Shown here in pieces: positions 17,210 through 26,350 of a stretch of DNA of 54,070 bases. Numbering within the stretch: position 1 is the first letter of the stretch; each line of letters opens with the position of its first letter. The DNA lies in the NCBI GenBank assembly GCA_027028845.1, contig JALVHV010000144.1, positions 1-54,070 on the forward strand. The letters run 5' to 3'. The translations under genes were made by a program, and so were the position numbers. The notes below the pieces were generated by a model. It saw only the letters and a list, made by a program, of their open reading frames with translations. It had not been told where the DNA came from and did no database searches. The DNA comes from Pyrodictiaceae archaeon (GTDB lineage: Archaea > Thermoproteota > Thermoprotei_A > Sulfolobales > Pyrodictiaceae).

Positions 17210-17611
17210 ATGGCGTTCTCAGCTCGCGAGATAAAATGGGGAGTTGCGCACATCTACTCGAGCTATAACAACACAATAATTCACATAACCGACCTAACTG
17301 GTGCAGAGACAGTTGCACGCGCCAGCGGGGGCATGGTGGTAAAAGCCGATAGAGAAAAGCCAAGCCCCTACGCAGCCATGCTCGCAGCAAGCCGTGTCGC
17401 GCAAGAGGCCATGGAGAAAGGCATAGTTGCTCTTCACATAAAGGTTAGAGCACCTGGTGGCCACGGCCCAAAGACACCGGGTCCAGGTGCACAGGCAGCA
17501 ATAAGGGCGCTTGCACGCGCAGGATTCATAATAGGAAGAATAGAGGATGTAACACCGCTGCCACACGATACTACGAGAAGACCAGGCGGTAGAAGAGGAC
17601 GCCGCGTCTAA
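17210..17611 (+). CDS. rps11: 30S ribosomal protein S11 (uS11)
   Basis: [33 protein letters not shown]. Confidence 0.97.
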   Translation: MAFSAREIKWGVAHIYSSYNNTIIHITDLTGAETVARASGGMVVKADREKPSPYAAMLAASRVAQEAMEKGIVALHIKVRAPGGHGPKTPGPGAQAAIRALARAGFIIGRIEDVTPLPHDTTRRPGGRRGRRV

Positions 17612-17734
17612 CACAATGAAGCCGTTTTAAGACCCGATTCTCTAAACGAGAACCAGTTTATCACTAAATGTATTTTACATAACCTTATTGCCCTACACGG
17701 GGGGTTCCAGCTCTACGTTATCGAGGTATGTGGT

Positions 17735-18586
17735 ATGGATGAGCAAAGGAGCATGTGCATAGTAGAGAAGGCCACAAATACACTAAGAATACATATCAGA
17801 GGCTATCCTCTCCCCCTTGTAAACGCTGTTAGACGAGCAAGCTACACCGATGTACCGGTCATGGCTATTGACCTCGTAGAGGTATTCGATAATAACACGG
17901 TGCTCTATGACGAGATAATAGCTCATAGACTGGCTATGATACCTCTCACTAGTAAAGAGGCTCTAGAAAAGTATAAGCGGCCAGAAGAATGCGTAAACGC
18001 GAAACTAGGAGATCCTGACTGCTATGTAACTTTCCGACTAGAGATTGAGACAGGGCCACAAGAAGAAAGAATGGTCTATAGCGGAGACCTAGAGACCAGT
18101 GATCCAGACGTAAAACCAGTCTACAATAATATGCCGATAGTCCTAATGGCCCCTGACCAGAGGCTCCGCCTCCAAGCATATGCTCGCCTCGGCTATGGAA
18201 AAGAGCATGCAAAGTGGATGCCTGTGAGCGTTGCTGCACACAAGTATGTCCCAGTTCTAGAATTTGACCTAGATGAGATGAGTAATGAGTGTATTAAATG
18301 CATAGAGATGGGCTACCCCCAGATAGCAGAGAAGATAAAGAACATGCGCAAAGGTACACTAAGGATACTCGACGACGTAAACACCTCTGGCCTTTACTGG
18401 TGTGTTACAAAGAAATGCGAGAAAGGAGCTAAGCTAACCTATGATGATAAGGAATTCCTACTCAAGGTTGAGTCTACAGGTGCATTACCACCCGAGACCA
18501 TCTTGCTAGAGGCAATTAGCGCAGTTGTTAGGAAAGCTGAAAACCTCCTAGCACAGATAAGGGAGCTACGCCGGGGACAAAGTTAG
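17735..18586 (+). CDS. rpoD: DNA-directed RNA polymerase subunit D (Rpo3)
   Basis: NAVRR...VPVMAI, DEIIAHRLAMIPL, GKEHAKW, VESTGALPP. Confidence 0.95.
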   Translation: MDEQRSMCIVEKATNTLRIHIRGYPLPLVNAVRRASYTDVPVMAIDLVEVFDNNTVLYDEIIAHRLAMIPLTSKEALEKYKRPEECVNAKLGDPDCYVTFRLEIETGPQEERMVYSGDLETSDPDVKPVYNNMPIVLMAPDQRLRLQAYARLGYGKEHAKWMPVSVAAHKYVPVLEFDLDEMSNECIKCIEMGYPQIAEKIKNMRKGTLRILDDVNTSGLYWCVTKKCEKGAKLTYDDKEFLLKVESTGALPPETILLEAISAVVRKAENLLAQIRELRRGQS

Positions 18587-18600
18587 GGGTGTGAAGAGAC

Positions 18601-18972
18601 ATGCAGGTAACGAAGAGAACGGGGCCAACAAACATAGTGCTGCGAATGACTATACGCCGGCTAAAAAGCACTGCTAACAAGTACAAGGCACCAATATGGC
18701 GATACGTAGCGGAGCTCCTAGAAAGACCTAGGAGGCTACGAGTAGAGGTTAATGTAAGCAAGATAAACAGATACACAAATGCTGGCGACACCGTAGTAGT
18801 TCCTGGAAAGGTACTAGGAGCAGGTAGCATCGATCACCCAGTGACAGTTGCTGCAATAGCATTTAGCGCCGAGGCCGTTCGCAAAATAACTAGCGCCGGG
18901 GGCCGCGTACTTCACATACTCCAACTAGCGGAAGAGAACCCGCGTGGCAGTAACGTAAAGATCATAATATAA
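18601..18972 (+). CDS. rpl18e: 50S ribosomal protein L18e
   Basis: APIWR, VNVSKINRY, VVPGKVLGAG. Confidence 0.96.
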   Translation: MQVTKRTGPTNIVLRMTIRRLKSTANKYKAPIWRYVAELLERPRRLRVEVNVSKINRYTNAGDTVVVPGKVLGAGSIDHPVTVAAIAFSAEAVRKITSAGGRVLHILQLAEENPRGSNVKIII

Positions 18973-18992
18973 CATGCCCGGGGTGCTTACCC

Positions 18993-19475
18993 ATGACTAC
19001 ACAGGTTGAGGCACCTAAGCCACCAGAGAGAGTACTATACATTGATGCCACAGACCAGATACTTGGAAGAATGGCGGCAGCAGTTGCCAAGAAGCTCCTG
19101 GAAGGCTATAGAGTATACATAGTTAATGCGGAGAAAGCAGTGATAAGTGGTGATCCTCTCAGAGTATTTCATAGCTACCGTATATGGTGGGAACTAAAGG
19201 TACATGTTAACCCCTATAAGTGGGGGCCACATAGGCCACGCTCACCAATATTCATAGTGAAAAAGGCAATAACGGGTATGCTGCCCAAGGAGAAACAGAA
19301 AGGCCGTGAAGCAATGCGAAGACTAAAAGTATACATAGGTGTGCCAAAGGAGCTCCAAAACAAGGAGTTTACACGCTTCAGATTCGCTGATGCCAGCAGG
19401 CTAGGACATAAGTTTATACGTGTAGGAGAACTCGCACAGAAGCTGGGATGGAGGGGGGTGCTTAGTAAGCAATGA
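18993..19475 (+). CDS. rpl13: 50S ribosomal protein L13 (uL13)
   Basis: IDA...ILGR, VNAEKAVISG, GMLP, RLKVYIG. Confidence 0.96.
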   Translation: MTTQVEAPKPPERVLYIDATDQILGRMAAAVAKKLLEGYRVYIVNAEKAVISGDPLRVFHSYRIWWELKVHVNPYKWGPHRPRSPIFIVKKAITGMLPKEKQKGREAMRRLKVYIGVPKELQNKEFTRFRFADASRLGHKFIRVGELAQKLGWRGVLSKQ

Positions 19476-19933
19476 GCAGCGAGGCCGCGAGACCTAGGCT
19501 CCTCGGCGCATACCTGCAAACAGAGAAACCTGTACGGATAGTAGTGGCTGCAGGTAAGAGGAAGACTAGCATCGCGAGAGCAGTGATAAAGCCCGGTAAG
19601 GGACGTGTATGGATAAATGGTATCCCGCTAGAGATATGGCCTATTGAGATGGCGCGCTGGAAGATGATGGAGCCCTTGTTACTCGCTGGCGAGGATATAG
19701 CTAACAGCGTCGACATAAAGGTTAATGTCCACGGCGGAGGCTATATGAGCCAGGCAGATGCAGTGAGGATGGCTATAGCAAGAGGACTAGTCGCCTATAC
19801 CGGTAGCGAGGCCTTGAGAAAGATATACGAGGAGTACGATAGGTCAATGCTATCCGGCGACCCCAGGCAGACTGAGCCAGAGAAGCCGATGCGTAGGAGC
19901 GCTAGAAGGAGATGGCAGAAGAGCTACAGGTGA
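19472..19933 (+). CDS. rps9: 30S ribosomal protein S9 (uS9)
   Basis: [25 protein letters not shown]. Confidence 0.96.
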   Translation: MSSEAARPRLLGAYLQTEKPVRIVVAAGKRKTSIARAVIKPGKGRVWINGIPLEIWPIEMARWKMMEPLLLAGEDIANSVDIKVNVHGGGYMSQADAVRMAIARGLVAYTGSEALRKIYEEYDRSMLSGDPRQTEPEKPMRRSARRRWQKSYR

Positions 19934-19940
19934 CAAGGAA

Positions 19941-20141
19941 ATGATAGTTCCTATTCGTTGTTTTACTTGCGGCGCACCTCTGGCACAATATTGGGAAGAA
20001 TTCTATCGCAGAGTAAAGAACGGAGAGGATCCAGAAAAAGTACTAGACGATCTCGGCGTCAAAAGGTATTGTTGTAGGAAAACCCTCTTAGCGCATGTAC
20101 CAGCAATATACGAGGTAAGGAAGTTTAAGCGAATACTCTAA
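19941..20141 (+). CDS. rpoN: DNA-directed RNA polymerase subunit N (Rpo10)
   Basis: PIRCFTCG...[12 protein letters not shown]. Confidence 0.96.
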   Translation: MIVPIRCFTCGAPLAQYWEEFYRRVKNGEDPEKVLDDLGVKRYCCRKTLLAHVPAIYEVRKFKRIL

Positions 20142-20311
20142 TACTCTAAGTCAAGTATTCTCCTCAACCCTCTTCAGTTTATTGTTGGTGTTCTGTGTTT
20201 TTCTCAAGCCCCTTGGGGCTCGGCAGGGGCCTAGAGGCAGACGCGGAGAACGTAGAGCATCATGCATATTTAGACCCGGTATCCATGTCTCCGCAGAGGG
20301 GAAGCAGTACT

Positions 20312-20944
20312 ATGAGCGGCGAGCAGGCTAGGGAAACTATTGAGCTCCTATTACCACTAGAGAGGTACCTATCAGCTGGTATGCACATAGGTACGCACAT
20401 CTGTACAGCATATATGCGTCGCTTCGTATACCGAGTCAGACCCGATGGACTCTACATACTCGATATAAGAAAGACCGATGAACGCCTACGCATAGCTGCG
20501 AAATTCCTTGCAAGATTCGAGCCCCAGAAAATAGTCGCAGTCGCCGTTAGGCAGTACGCGCAGAAACCGGTACAGAAATTCTGCACCTATGTCGGCTGCA
20601 AAACAGTCCTCGGGAGAATAATGCCTGGCACCTTTACAAACCCGAGCCTTGAGTGGTACCTTGAGCCAGATGTGATACTAGTGAGCGATCCCAGAGCAGA
20701 TAGCCAAGCTGTCGACGAGGCAGCCCGCATGGGTATACCAGTCGTAGCCCTAGCAGACACTGATAATAGGATAGACAACCTCGACTTAATCATACCAGTA
20801 AACAACAAGGGCAGACGAAGCCTAGCACTTACATACTGGGTTCTAGCAAGGGAAATCCTAAGAGAACAAGGAAAGCTTAGAGCGGACCAAGACCTCCCAG
20901 AGCCTCCGGAGGCATTCGAGTTCAGGCCACGGAGACGCTGGTAA
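20312..20944 (+). CDS. rps2: 30S ribosomal protein S2 (uS2)
   Basis: [31 protein letters not shown]; start trimmed to ATG 20312. Confidence 0.95.
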   Translation: MSGEQARETIELLLPLERYLSAGMHIGTHICTAYMRRFVYRVRPDGLYILDIRKTDERLRIAAKFLARFEPQKIVAVAVRQYAQKPVQKFCTYVGCKTVLGRIMPGTFTNPSLEWYLEPDVILVSDPRADSQAVDEAARMGIPVVALADTDNRIDNLDLIIPVNNKGRRSLALTYWVLAREILREQGKLRADQDLPEPPEAFEFRPRRRW

Positions 20945-21073
20945 CACTAAGCCAGGTTTCTAAATAACTTATTCATGAGTGTTTTTCATTACACACTTAA
21001 TCTCTAGTCATCATAGCCTCCTTATTACCCTAAATATAGCTCTGTACACGCAAGTATTAATGGGCGTACATGA

Positions 21074-21940
21074 ATGCTTAAGCGAATTAGACGATTCCCG
21101 TCAGTAGCTGGCATATTCTATGAGCCAGACAAGGACACGCTACGCTCACAGATTGAGTGGTGTTTCCAACACCCTCTTGGCCCAGGAAAATTACCCGAGA
21201 AAAGCGGGAAGACTAAGGAAGGCGACGAGATAAAAGCCCTAATAGTTCCACACGCTGGCGTAATGTATAGCGGGCCTATAGCTGCACATGCTTATTACGA
21301 GCTAGGCCTCAGCGGTGGTGCTGAAACATTTGTTATCATAGGCCCTAATCATACAGGGCTTGGTGCCCCTCTCGCAGTATACCCCGGAGGAGAATGGGTT
21401 ACCCCTCTAGGCACGATTAGTGTTGATGAAGAATTTGTAGAGAAGCTTGCCCAGCTCCTAGGAGAGGAAAGCATCGATGAGAAAGCTCACCTCTTCGAAC
21501 ATAGTATTGAGGTCCAGTTGCCGTTCCTGCAATACTTGTTCGGGAACAGCTTCAGAATAGTTGCCATAACTATGTATGATCAGTCAATAGGGAACGCTAA
21601 GAGGCTTGCCGAGGCAGTATATGAGGCGGAGAAAGAGCTCGACAAGCGTATCGTGGTCATAGCTACGAGTGATCTAAGTCACTATGTTACGCGTGACGAG
21701 GCATACCAGTACGATAAGAGGATTATCAGTGCGATTGAGGAGCTAGATGCAGCTAAGGTGTACGAGACGATAATGGATAATACTCTTCCTGTTTGCGGGC
21801 CCGGGCCCATTGTAGCAGCGATACATTACTCTTTGCTCCGGGGCGCTCAACAAGCAAAGTTACTAGCCTACGCGACTAGCGGCGACATAGCTGGCGGGGA
21901 TACAAGCGTTGTTGGATATGCCTCCATAAAGATCACTTAG
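21074..21940 (+). CDS. MEMO1 family protein (AmmeMemoRadiSam protein B)
   Basis: AGIFY, PHAG.MYSG, GPNH, EHSIEVQLPFLQ, SDLSHY, CG, VVGY. Confidence 0.92.
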   Translation: MLKRIRRFPSVAGIFYEPDKDTLRSQIEWCFQHPLGPGKLPEKSGKTKEGDEIKALIVPHAGVMYSGPIAAHAYYELGLSGGAETFVIIGPNHTGLGAPLAVYPGGEWVTPLGTISVDEEFVEKLAQLLGEESIDEKAHLFEHSIEVQLPFLQYLFGNSFRIVAITMYDQSIGNAKRLAEAVYEAEKELDKRIVVIATSDLSHYVTRDEAYQYDKRIISAIEELDAAKVYETIMDNTLPVCGPGPIVAAIHYSLLRGAQQAKLLAYATSGDIAGGDTSVVGYASIKIT

Positions 21941-21956
21941 CTAGGGCAGGTGAACT

Positions 21957-22817
21957 ATGTTGGGCAATAATGGGTTTAACAAGGAAGAGACACGATATAG
22001 TATGCCCCTAGTAATAGTCTATTATGGCGTGCCTCTTCCCGGGAAGTCTAATCCATACATAGTTCTGCGCAGCAAGGATCCAAGCCTTGTTTCTATAGCA
22101 GTTGGAATAGATGAGGCAGAGAAGGCATCATCTGTTAGTACTAGCGGCGTATCTCTGGGATGGAGATACGAGCTAGCAATAAAGTCATTCGTTGACGAGG
22201 TCTCGGCTAGGCTGGAGCAACCATTACACGTGGTACTAGATATATCTGTAAAAGGCGTCTCATTTCCCCCCGCTTCCTCGATATACGCTGCTGCGAGCCT
22301 TGCAATAGTTCGGGCAGTCTCGGAGCTTGGTGGCTATGAGTTGGCCGTGGATGAGGTGCTACAAGCAGCTAATGATATAGATAGAGAGAGTGGAGTAGGT
22401 CTCGATTATCTAGAGGCTATGCGTGCAGCAATAATTCGTGGAAAAAGCCTAATATATAGGAGAGGGGAAGAACCCGTAGATTTGCCAAGTAATAGGGAGA
22501 TAATCCTAGAGCTTGTAGGCGAAGAAGACATAGGCGACGACATAACAGGGAGGCTGGAGGACCCTATCTATTCCGAGATAACTAGGCTCCTAGGCCTTAA
22601 CGTTATCGAGGTAGCAGCTAAGCTTAGGGAGAATAGCCAAGACAATATAGTAACCGACCTTTCAATATATGAGCGCATAGAGAACGCTGCATACTACATG
22701 CTCTATGGTGCAGGTATCCCCGATTCAGGGTGTAAATGGACTCCATCTCTCCAGAGGGTATATGGGGTATGCAGGCCGGGGACAAAGCTAGGAGACGAAG
22801 TAGTGTTTTTGTTATAA
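21957..22817 (+). CDS. Degenerate GHMP-kinase / mevalonate kinase-like protein
   Basis: Occupies the mvk slot between MEMO1 and ipk; similar length and layout to MVK but lacks the GEH and PxGxGLGSS motifs. Confidence 0.5.
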   Translation: MLGNNGFNKEETRYSMPLVIVYYGVPLPGKSNPYIVLRSKDPSLVSIAVGIDEAEKASSVSTSGVSLGWRYELAIKSFVDEVSARLEQPLHVVLDISVKGVSFPPASSIYAAASLAIVRAVSELGGYELAVDEVLQAANDIDRESGVGLDYLEAMRAAIIRGKSLIYRRGEEPVDLPSNREIILELVGEEDIGDDITGRLEDPIYSEITRLLGLNVIEVAAKLRENSQDNIVTDLSIYERIENAAYYMLYGAGIPDSGCKWTPSLQRVYGVCRPGTKLGDEVVFLL

Positions 22818-23560
22818 AGCTAGGGGGAAGCATTATAACGCGTAAGGATGAGGCATTCACGCCGAGCCTCGATACGATGAACAAGGTTGCGAAGGAGCTA
22901 GCAGAGGTATATGCGGATGCAAAGCTAGCAATAGTTCTCGGAGGAGGAAGCTACGGGCACTATGCAGCCGCGCAGCAACGAGAGCATGACTCGGTAGCAG
23001 CACATGCGTTATACGCCGTAGCGGCGGCAATGAACGAGCTTGCTCTATTAGTGGCAGACGTACTTGCGCTCAACGGGGTTCCTTCACTCATATACCCGCC
23101 GCACGCGATGTGCTCGCCAAGAGGGCTTCAACCTAATTGTAGCTGGCAGCAAGCCCTAAAAGCTCTCAGCAAGGGCGTTGTCCCCCTAACTTATGGCGAC
23201 ATATACCCGTGTGAGAGTCGTGAGGGATGGTGCATTGTGTCGGGAGACGAGCTAGCTATGGAGATTGGGTGCCACATTGGTGCGACAAAAGTAATCTATG
23301 TAAGCGACGTTGACGGTATTCTCACAAGTAGCGGCGAGCCCATCCCCGAGCTGAGACTACATGAACTTGAGCTAGCCACTAAGCATGCTGGTAGAAGCAG
23401 CCACGTAGACGTGACCGGGGGTATTAAGCGGAAACTAGACGCGATAAGAGAAAACTGGTGTAGTAGCATTAGAGAAGTCTGGATAGTCAATGGCCTCAAA
23501 GAGGGAAGAATTATAGGGGCAATAAAGGGAGTAGGGCCCGGGACAGTAATAAGGCCTTAG
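22769..23560 (+). CDS. ipk: Isopentenyl phosphate kinase
   Basis: IKLGGSIIT, GGGSYGH, SGD, SDVDG, DVTGG; lies upstream of fni. Start uncertain. Confidence 0.88.
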   Translation: MQAGDKARRRSSVFVIKLGGSIITRKDEAFTPSLDTMNKVAKELAEVYADAKLAIVLGGGSYGHYAAAQQREHDSVAAHALYAVAAAMNELALLVADVLALNGVPSLIYPPHAMCSPRGLQPNCSWQQALKALSKGVVPLTYGDIYPCESREGWCIVSGDELAMEIGCHIGATKVIYVSDVDGILTSSGEPIPELRLHELELATKHAGRSSHVDVTGGIKRKLDAIRENWCSSIREVWIVNGLKEGRIIGAIKGVGPGTVIRP

Positions 23561-23573
23561 AGGAAACGGTGCT

Positions 23574-24710
23574 ATGAGCCACACGCCTTTACGAAAGCTA
23601 GACCATATACGCATCGTGCTTGACAGCGATGTGGAGCATACTTGGAAAACAACGCTCTTCGAGCACGTAGAGCTCCGGCACGCAGCGTTACCTGAGACCA
23701 ATCTAGGGAACGTAGATACATCCATACGCTTTCTTGGTAAGAGGCTAGAAGCACCGATAATGATAACTGGTATGACGGGGGGCCACGAGGTAGCCGCTGA
23801 GATAAATTGCGCGATAGCCAAAGCGGCTCAAGAGCTAGGCCTAGCAATGGGTGTTGGCAGTCAGCGAGCAGCAATAGAGAGACCAGAGCTTGCATCAACC
23901 TTTAGTATTGCCCGTAAGTGCGGTCCAGAAATCCCCTTGGTGGCTAATATTGGTGCACCTCAGCTTGTTAAGGGCTATAGCGTTGCAGAGGTTAGGAAGG
24001 CCATAGAAATGATTGATGCCGATGCAGTCGCGATACACCTCAATGCTGGGCAGGAGGCGTTTCAGCCGGAAGGTGACACCGAGTATCGGGGGGTGTTAGA
24101 GAAAATAGCTAATATTGTAGCTGAGCTAGATAGGCCCGTTATTGTGAAGGAGACGGGGCAAGGGCTTAGCTATGAAGTCGCGCTCGCCCTGCGTAGTAGA
24201 GGAGTAAGATTCTTCGATATCTCGGGAGCGGGTGGGACAAGCTGGATCAAGGTCGAGATGTATAGGGCGAAGGCCAGGGGCATGGATAAGCTAGCCCGGG
24301 GGGCCCGAGTCTTCTCTGACTGGGGAATCCCGACCCTACAGGCACTGATGGAGGTGCGCTGGGCCTCTCCAGACTCCTGCATAATAGCCAGTGGCGGTAT
24401 AAGGACAGGGCTTGACGTTGCCAAGGCAATAGCTCTCGGAGCGGATATCGCCGGGGTAGCCCTGCCCGTGATAAGGGCTTATGGAGAACGATTAGAAAAA
24501 GGGGTCAAGGATTTCCTTGAGCAGCTTGTCTTTGAGCTACGGGTAGCGTTGTTCCTCACGGGTTCCAGTACGCTAGCCGAGTTGAGGAAAACAGAGCTAG
24601 ATATAGACCCTATTCTTAGGCAGCGTCTTGAGGCTAGAGGCATAGATACAGAATTATATCTTAGGGGTACAAGACTACTAGTTGAGCCTGGTAGAAGCTG
24701 CTCCTCTTAA
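23574..24710 (+). CDS. fni: Type 2 isopentenyl-diphosphate delta-isomerase
   Basis: RKLDHI, MTGG, GVGSQR, QEAFQPEGD, VKETG, GAGGTSW, SGGIR. Confidence 0.95.
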   Translation: MSHTPLRKLDHIRIVLDSDVEHTWKTTLFEHVELRHAALPETNLGNVDTSIRFLGKRLEAPIMITGMTGGHEVAAEINCAIAKAAQELGLAMGVGSQRAAIERPELASTFSIARKCGPEIPLVANIGAPQLVKGYSVAEVRKAIEMIDADAVAIHLNAGQEAFQPEGDTEYRGVLEKIANIVAELDRPVIVKETGQGLSYEVALALRSRGVRFFDISGAGGTSWIKVEMYRAKARGMDKLARGARVFSDWGIPTLQALMEVRWASPDSCIIASGGIRTGLDVAKAIALGADIAGVALPVIRAYGERLEKGVKDFLEQLVFELRVALFLTGSSTLAELRKTELDIDPILRQRLEARGIDTELYLRGTRLLVEPGRSCSS

Positions 24711-24746
24711 TCAATGCCTATCTATTCGGATATAGAGGTGTACTGG

Positions 24747-25748
24747 ATGAAACTCCCCGAGCACATAGTAAAGTACCTTGAGAGGGTAGCAGGGCTCGTA
24801 AATGGCTATATCTATGCCCGTGTACAAGGCAAGCCCGACGACCTATACAACGCTGCTCTCCACCTTATACGTGCGGGCGGGAAGAGGCTCAGACCAGCAA
24901 TAGTCATAGCGGTCACCGAGGCCCTGGGGGAGGTCGCCGAGAAAGCACTCCCCTTTGCAGCAGCAGTCGAGCTAGTGCACAACTTTACGCTTATACACGA
25001 TGATATAATGGATAGGGATGAATTCCGCAGAGGAGTACCAACAGTGCACAAGCTATGGGGAGAAGCAATGGCTATAACAGCCGGCGACCTATTGTTCGCT
25101 AAAGCGTTCGAGGTTCTAGGCGATGCAGAAGCAAAAGGCATACCTCATAACAGGATTACACGGGCACTAAAGACACTTGCACACGCATCAGCAGTCATAG
25201 CCGAGGGCCAGGCCCTCGACATGATGTTCGAGCAACTAGAGGATGTCGATATAGATGACTACTTCCAAATGATATACAAGAAGACTGGTGCCCTCTTCGA
25301 GGCATCTGCCATACTAGGCGGACTTGTAGCCACCGGGGATGAGTCAATACTCTCAAGCCTAGCCCTCTATGGCCGCAATCTCGGGATAGCTTTCCAGATC
25401 AGAGACGATATACTAGGCGTTGCTGGCAAGGAGGAAGAGATAGGAAAGCCCGTGTACAGCGATATTAGGGAGGGCAAAAAAACACTAGTAATAATATATG
25501 CGCTAAACCAGCTTGAAGGTGACGAGAAGGAGAAACTCGTGTCAATTCTCGGCAATAAGCAAGCTAGCCGAGAAGAACTCGAGGAAGCAGCAAGCCTGAT
25601 CAAGAAGAGTGGGGCCATAGACTATGCGGAGAAGCTGGCGAGAGAATACGCGGACAAAGCTATAGCAGCTCTAAGCGTGCTACCTGATAACGAGGCAAAG
25701 AAAATACTAGTTGACCTAGCAGAGTTCGCCGCTACTAGGACAAAGTAG
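24747..25748 (+). CDS. Geranylgeranyl diphosphate synthase (polyprenyl synthetase)
   Basis: GGKRLRP, LIHDDIMD..RRG, GQALD, KTGALF, FQIRDD; GAGGTG RBS before ATG 24747. Confidence 0.93.
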   Translation: MKLPEHIVKYLERVAGLVNGYIYARVQGKPDDLYNAALHLIRAGGKRLRPAIVIAVTEALGEVAEKALPFAAAVELVHNFTLIHDDIMDRDEFRRGVPTVHKLWGEAMAITAGDLLFAKAFEVLGDAEAKGIPHNRITRALKTLAHASAVIAEGQALDMMFEQLEDVDIDDYFQMIYKKTGALFEASAILGGLVATGDESILSSLALYGRNLGIAFQIRDDILGVAGKEEEIGKPVYSDIREGKKTLVIIYALNQLEGDEKEKLVSILGNKQASREELEEAASLIKKSGAIDYAEKLAREYADKAIAALSVLPDNEAKKILVDLAEFAATRTK

Positions 25749-25834
25749 CTAGTCCCTAGTAAGCCTAGTCAATGCCTTTTCTCTACGCATATGAGTATAA
25801 TTAAGCGGACATTGATTCTTAGTGGGCATCAGCC

Positions 25835-26350
25835 TTGGTTGAAGAAAATTGTGTGAAATCACCCTATGCAATCCCCCAGCTCTATGTAGAAGATGTAGTC
25901 TCCGACATTTTCCTGGAAATAAGGGACGGTGTAGGGGAAGTAACCAGTAGGTGTAGCAATGAGAAGGACGCTATCTGTCTCGGAAAACAAGTATACGGAT
26001 CCACAATAGACTTCATAGACCTTATTGAGAAGCGTGTCACTAAGAGTTTCGTAGTAGTGCTTCCCCCCGAGTACAATACGGGTCTATTTGTTCAACGCGG
26101 TTCAGCTGTGGAACCTATACCAGTTGAGGGCATAAGGGTGGCGTTGGAGGTCTGTGAAGGAGTAAAGGTGAAGAAGTGGGACACGCTTGGAGTCGTGCTT
26201 ACACGGAAAAGAGAGATGAGGCGAATAAAGACCCACGTAGCAGGCATCGTGGTTTACATATATTCGTCGCCTATAGGCGAGAGAGAAGAGGATATAGTAA
26301 TTATAGCTCCCGAGGAGGTGGTCAAGTATATCAGGATTCAGCGTAGATGA
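25835..26350 (+). CDS. DUF2118-like hypothetical protein (barrel-sandwich hybrid-like)
   Basis: PQLYVE...VEG...EGVKVKKWD.LG...TRKREMRRI...VAGIVVYI pattern; located between GGPPS and gltX. Confidence 0.65.
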   Translation: MVEENCVKSPYAIPQLYVEDVVSDIFLEIRDGVGEVTSRCSNEKDAICLGKQVYGSTIDFIDLIEKRVTKSFVVVLPPEYNTGLFVQRGSAVEPIPVEGIRVALEVCEGVKVKKWDTLGVVLTRKREMRRIKTHVAGIVVYIYSSPIGEREEDIVIIAPEEVVKYIRIQRR

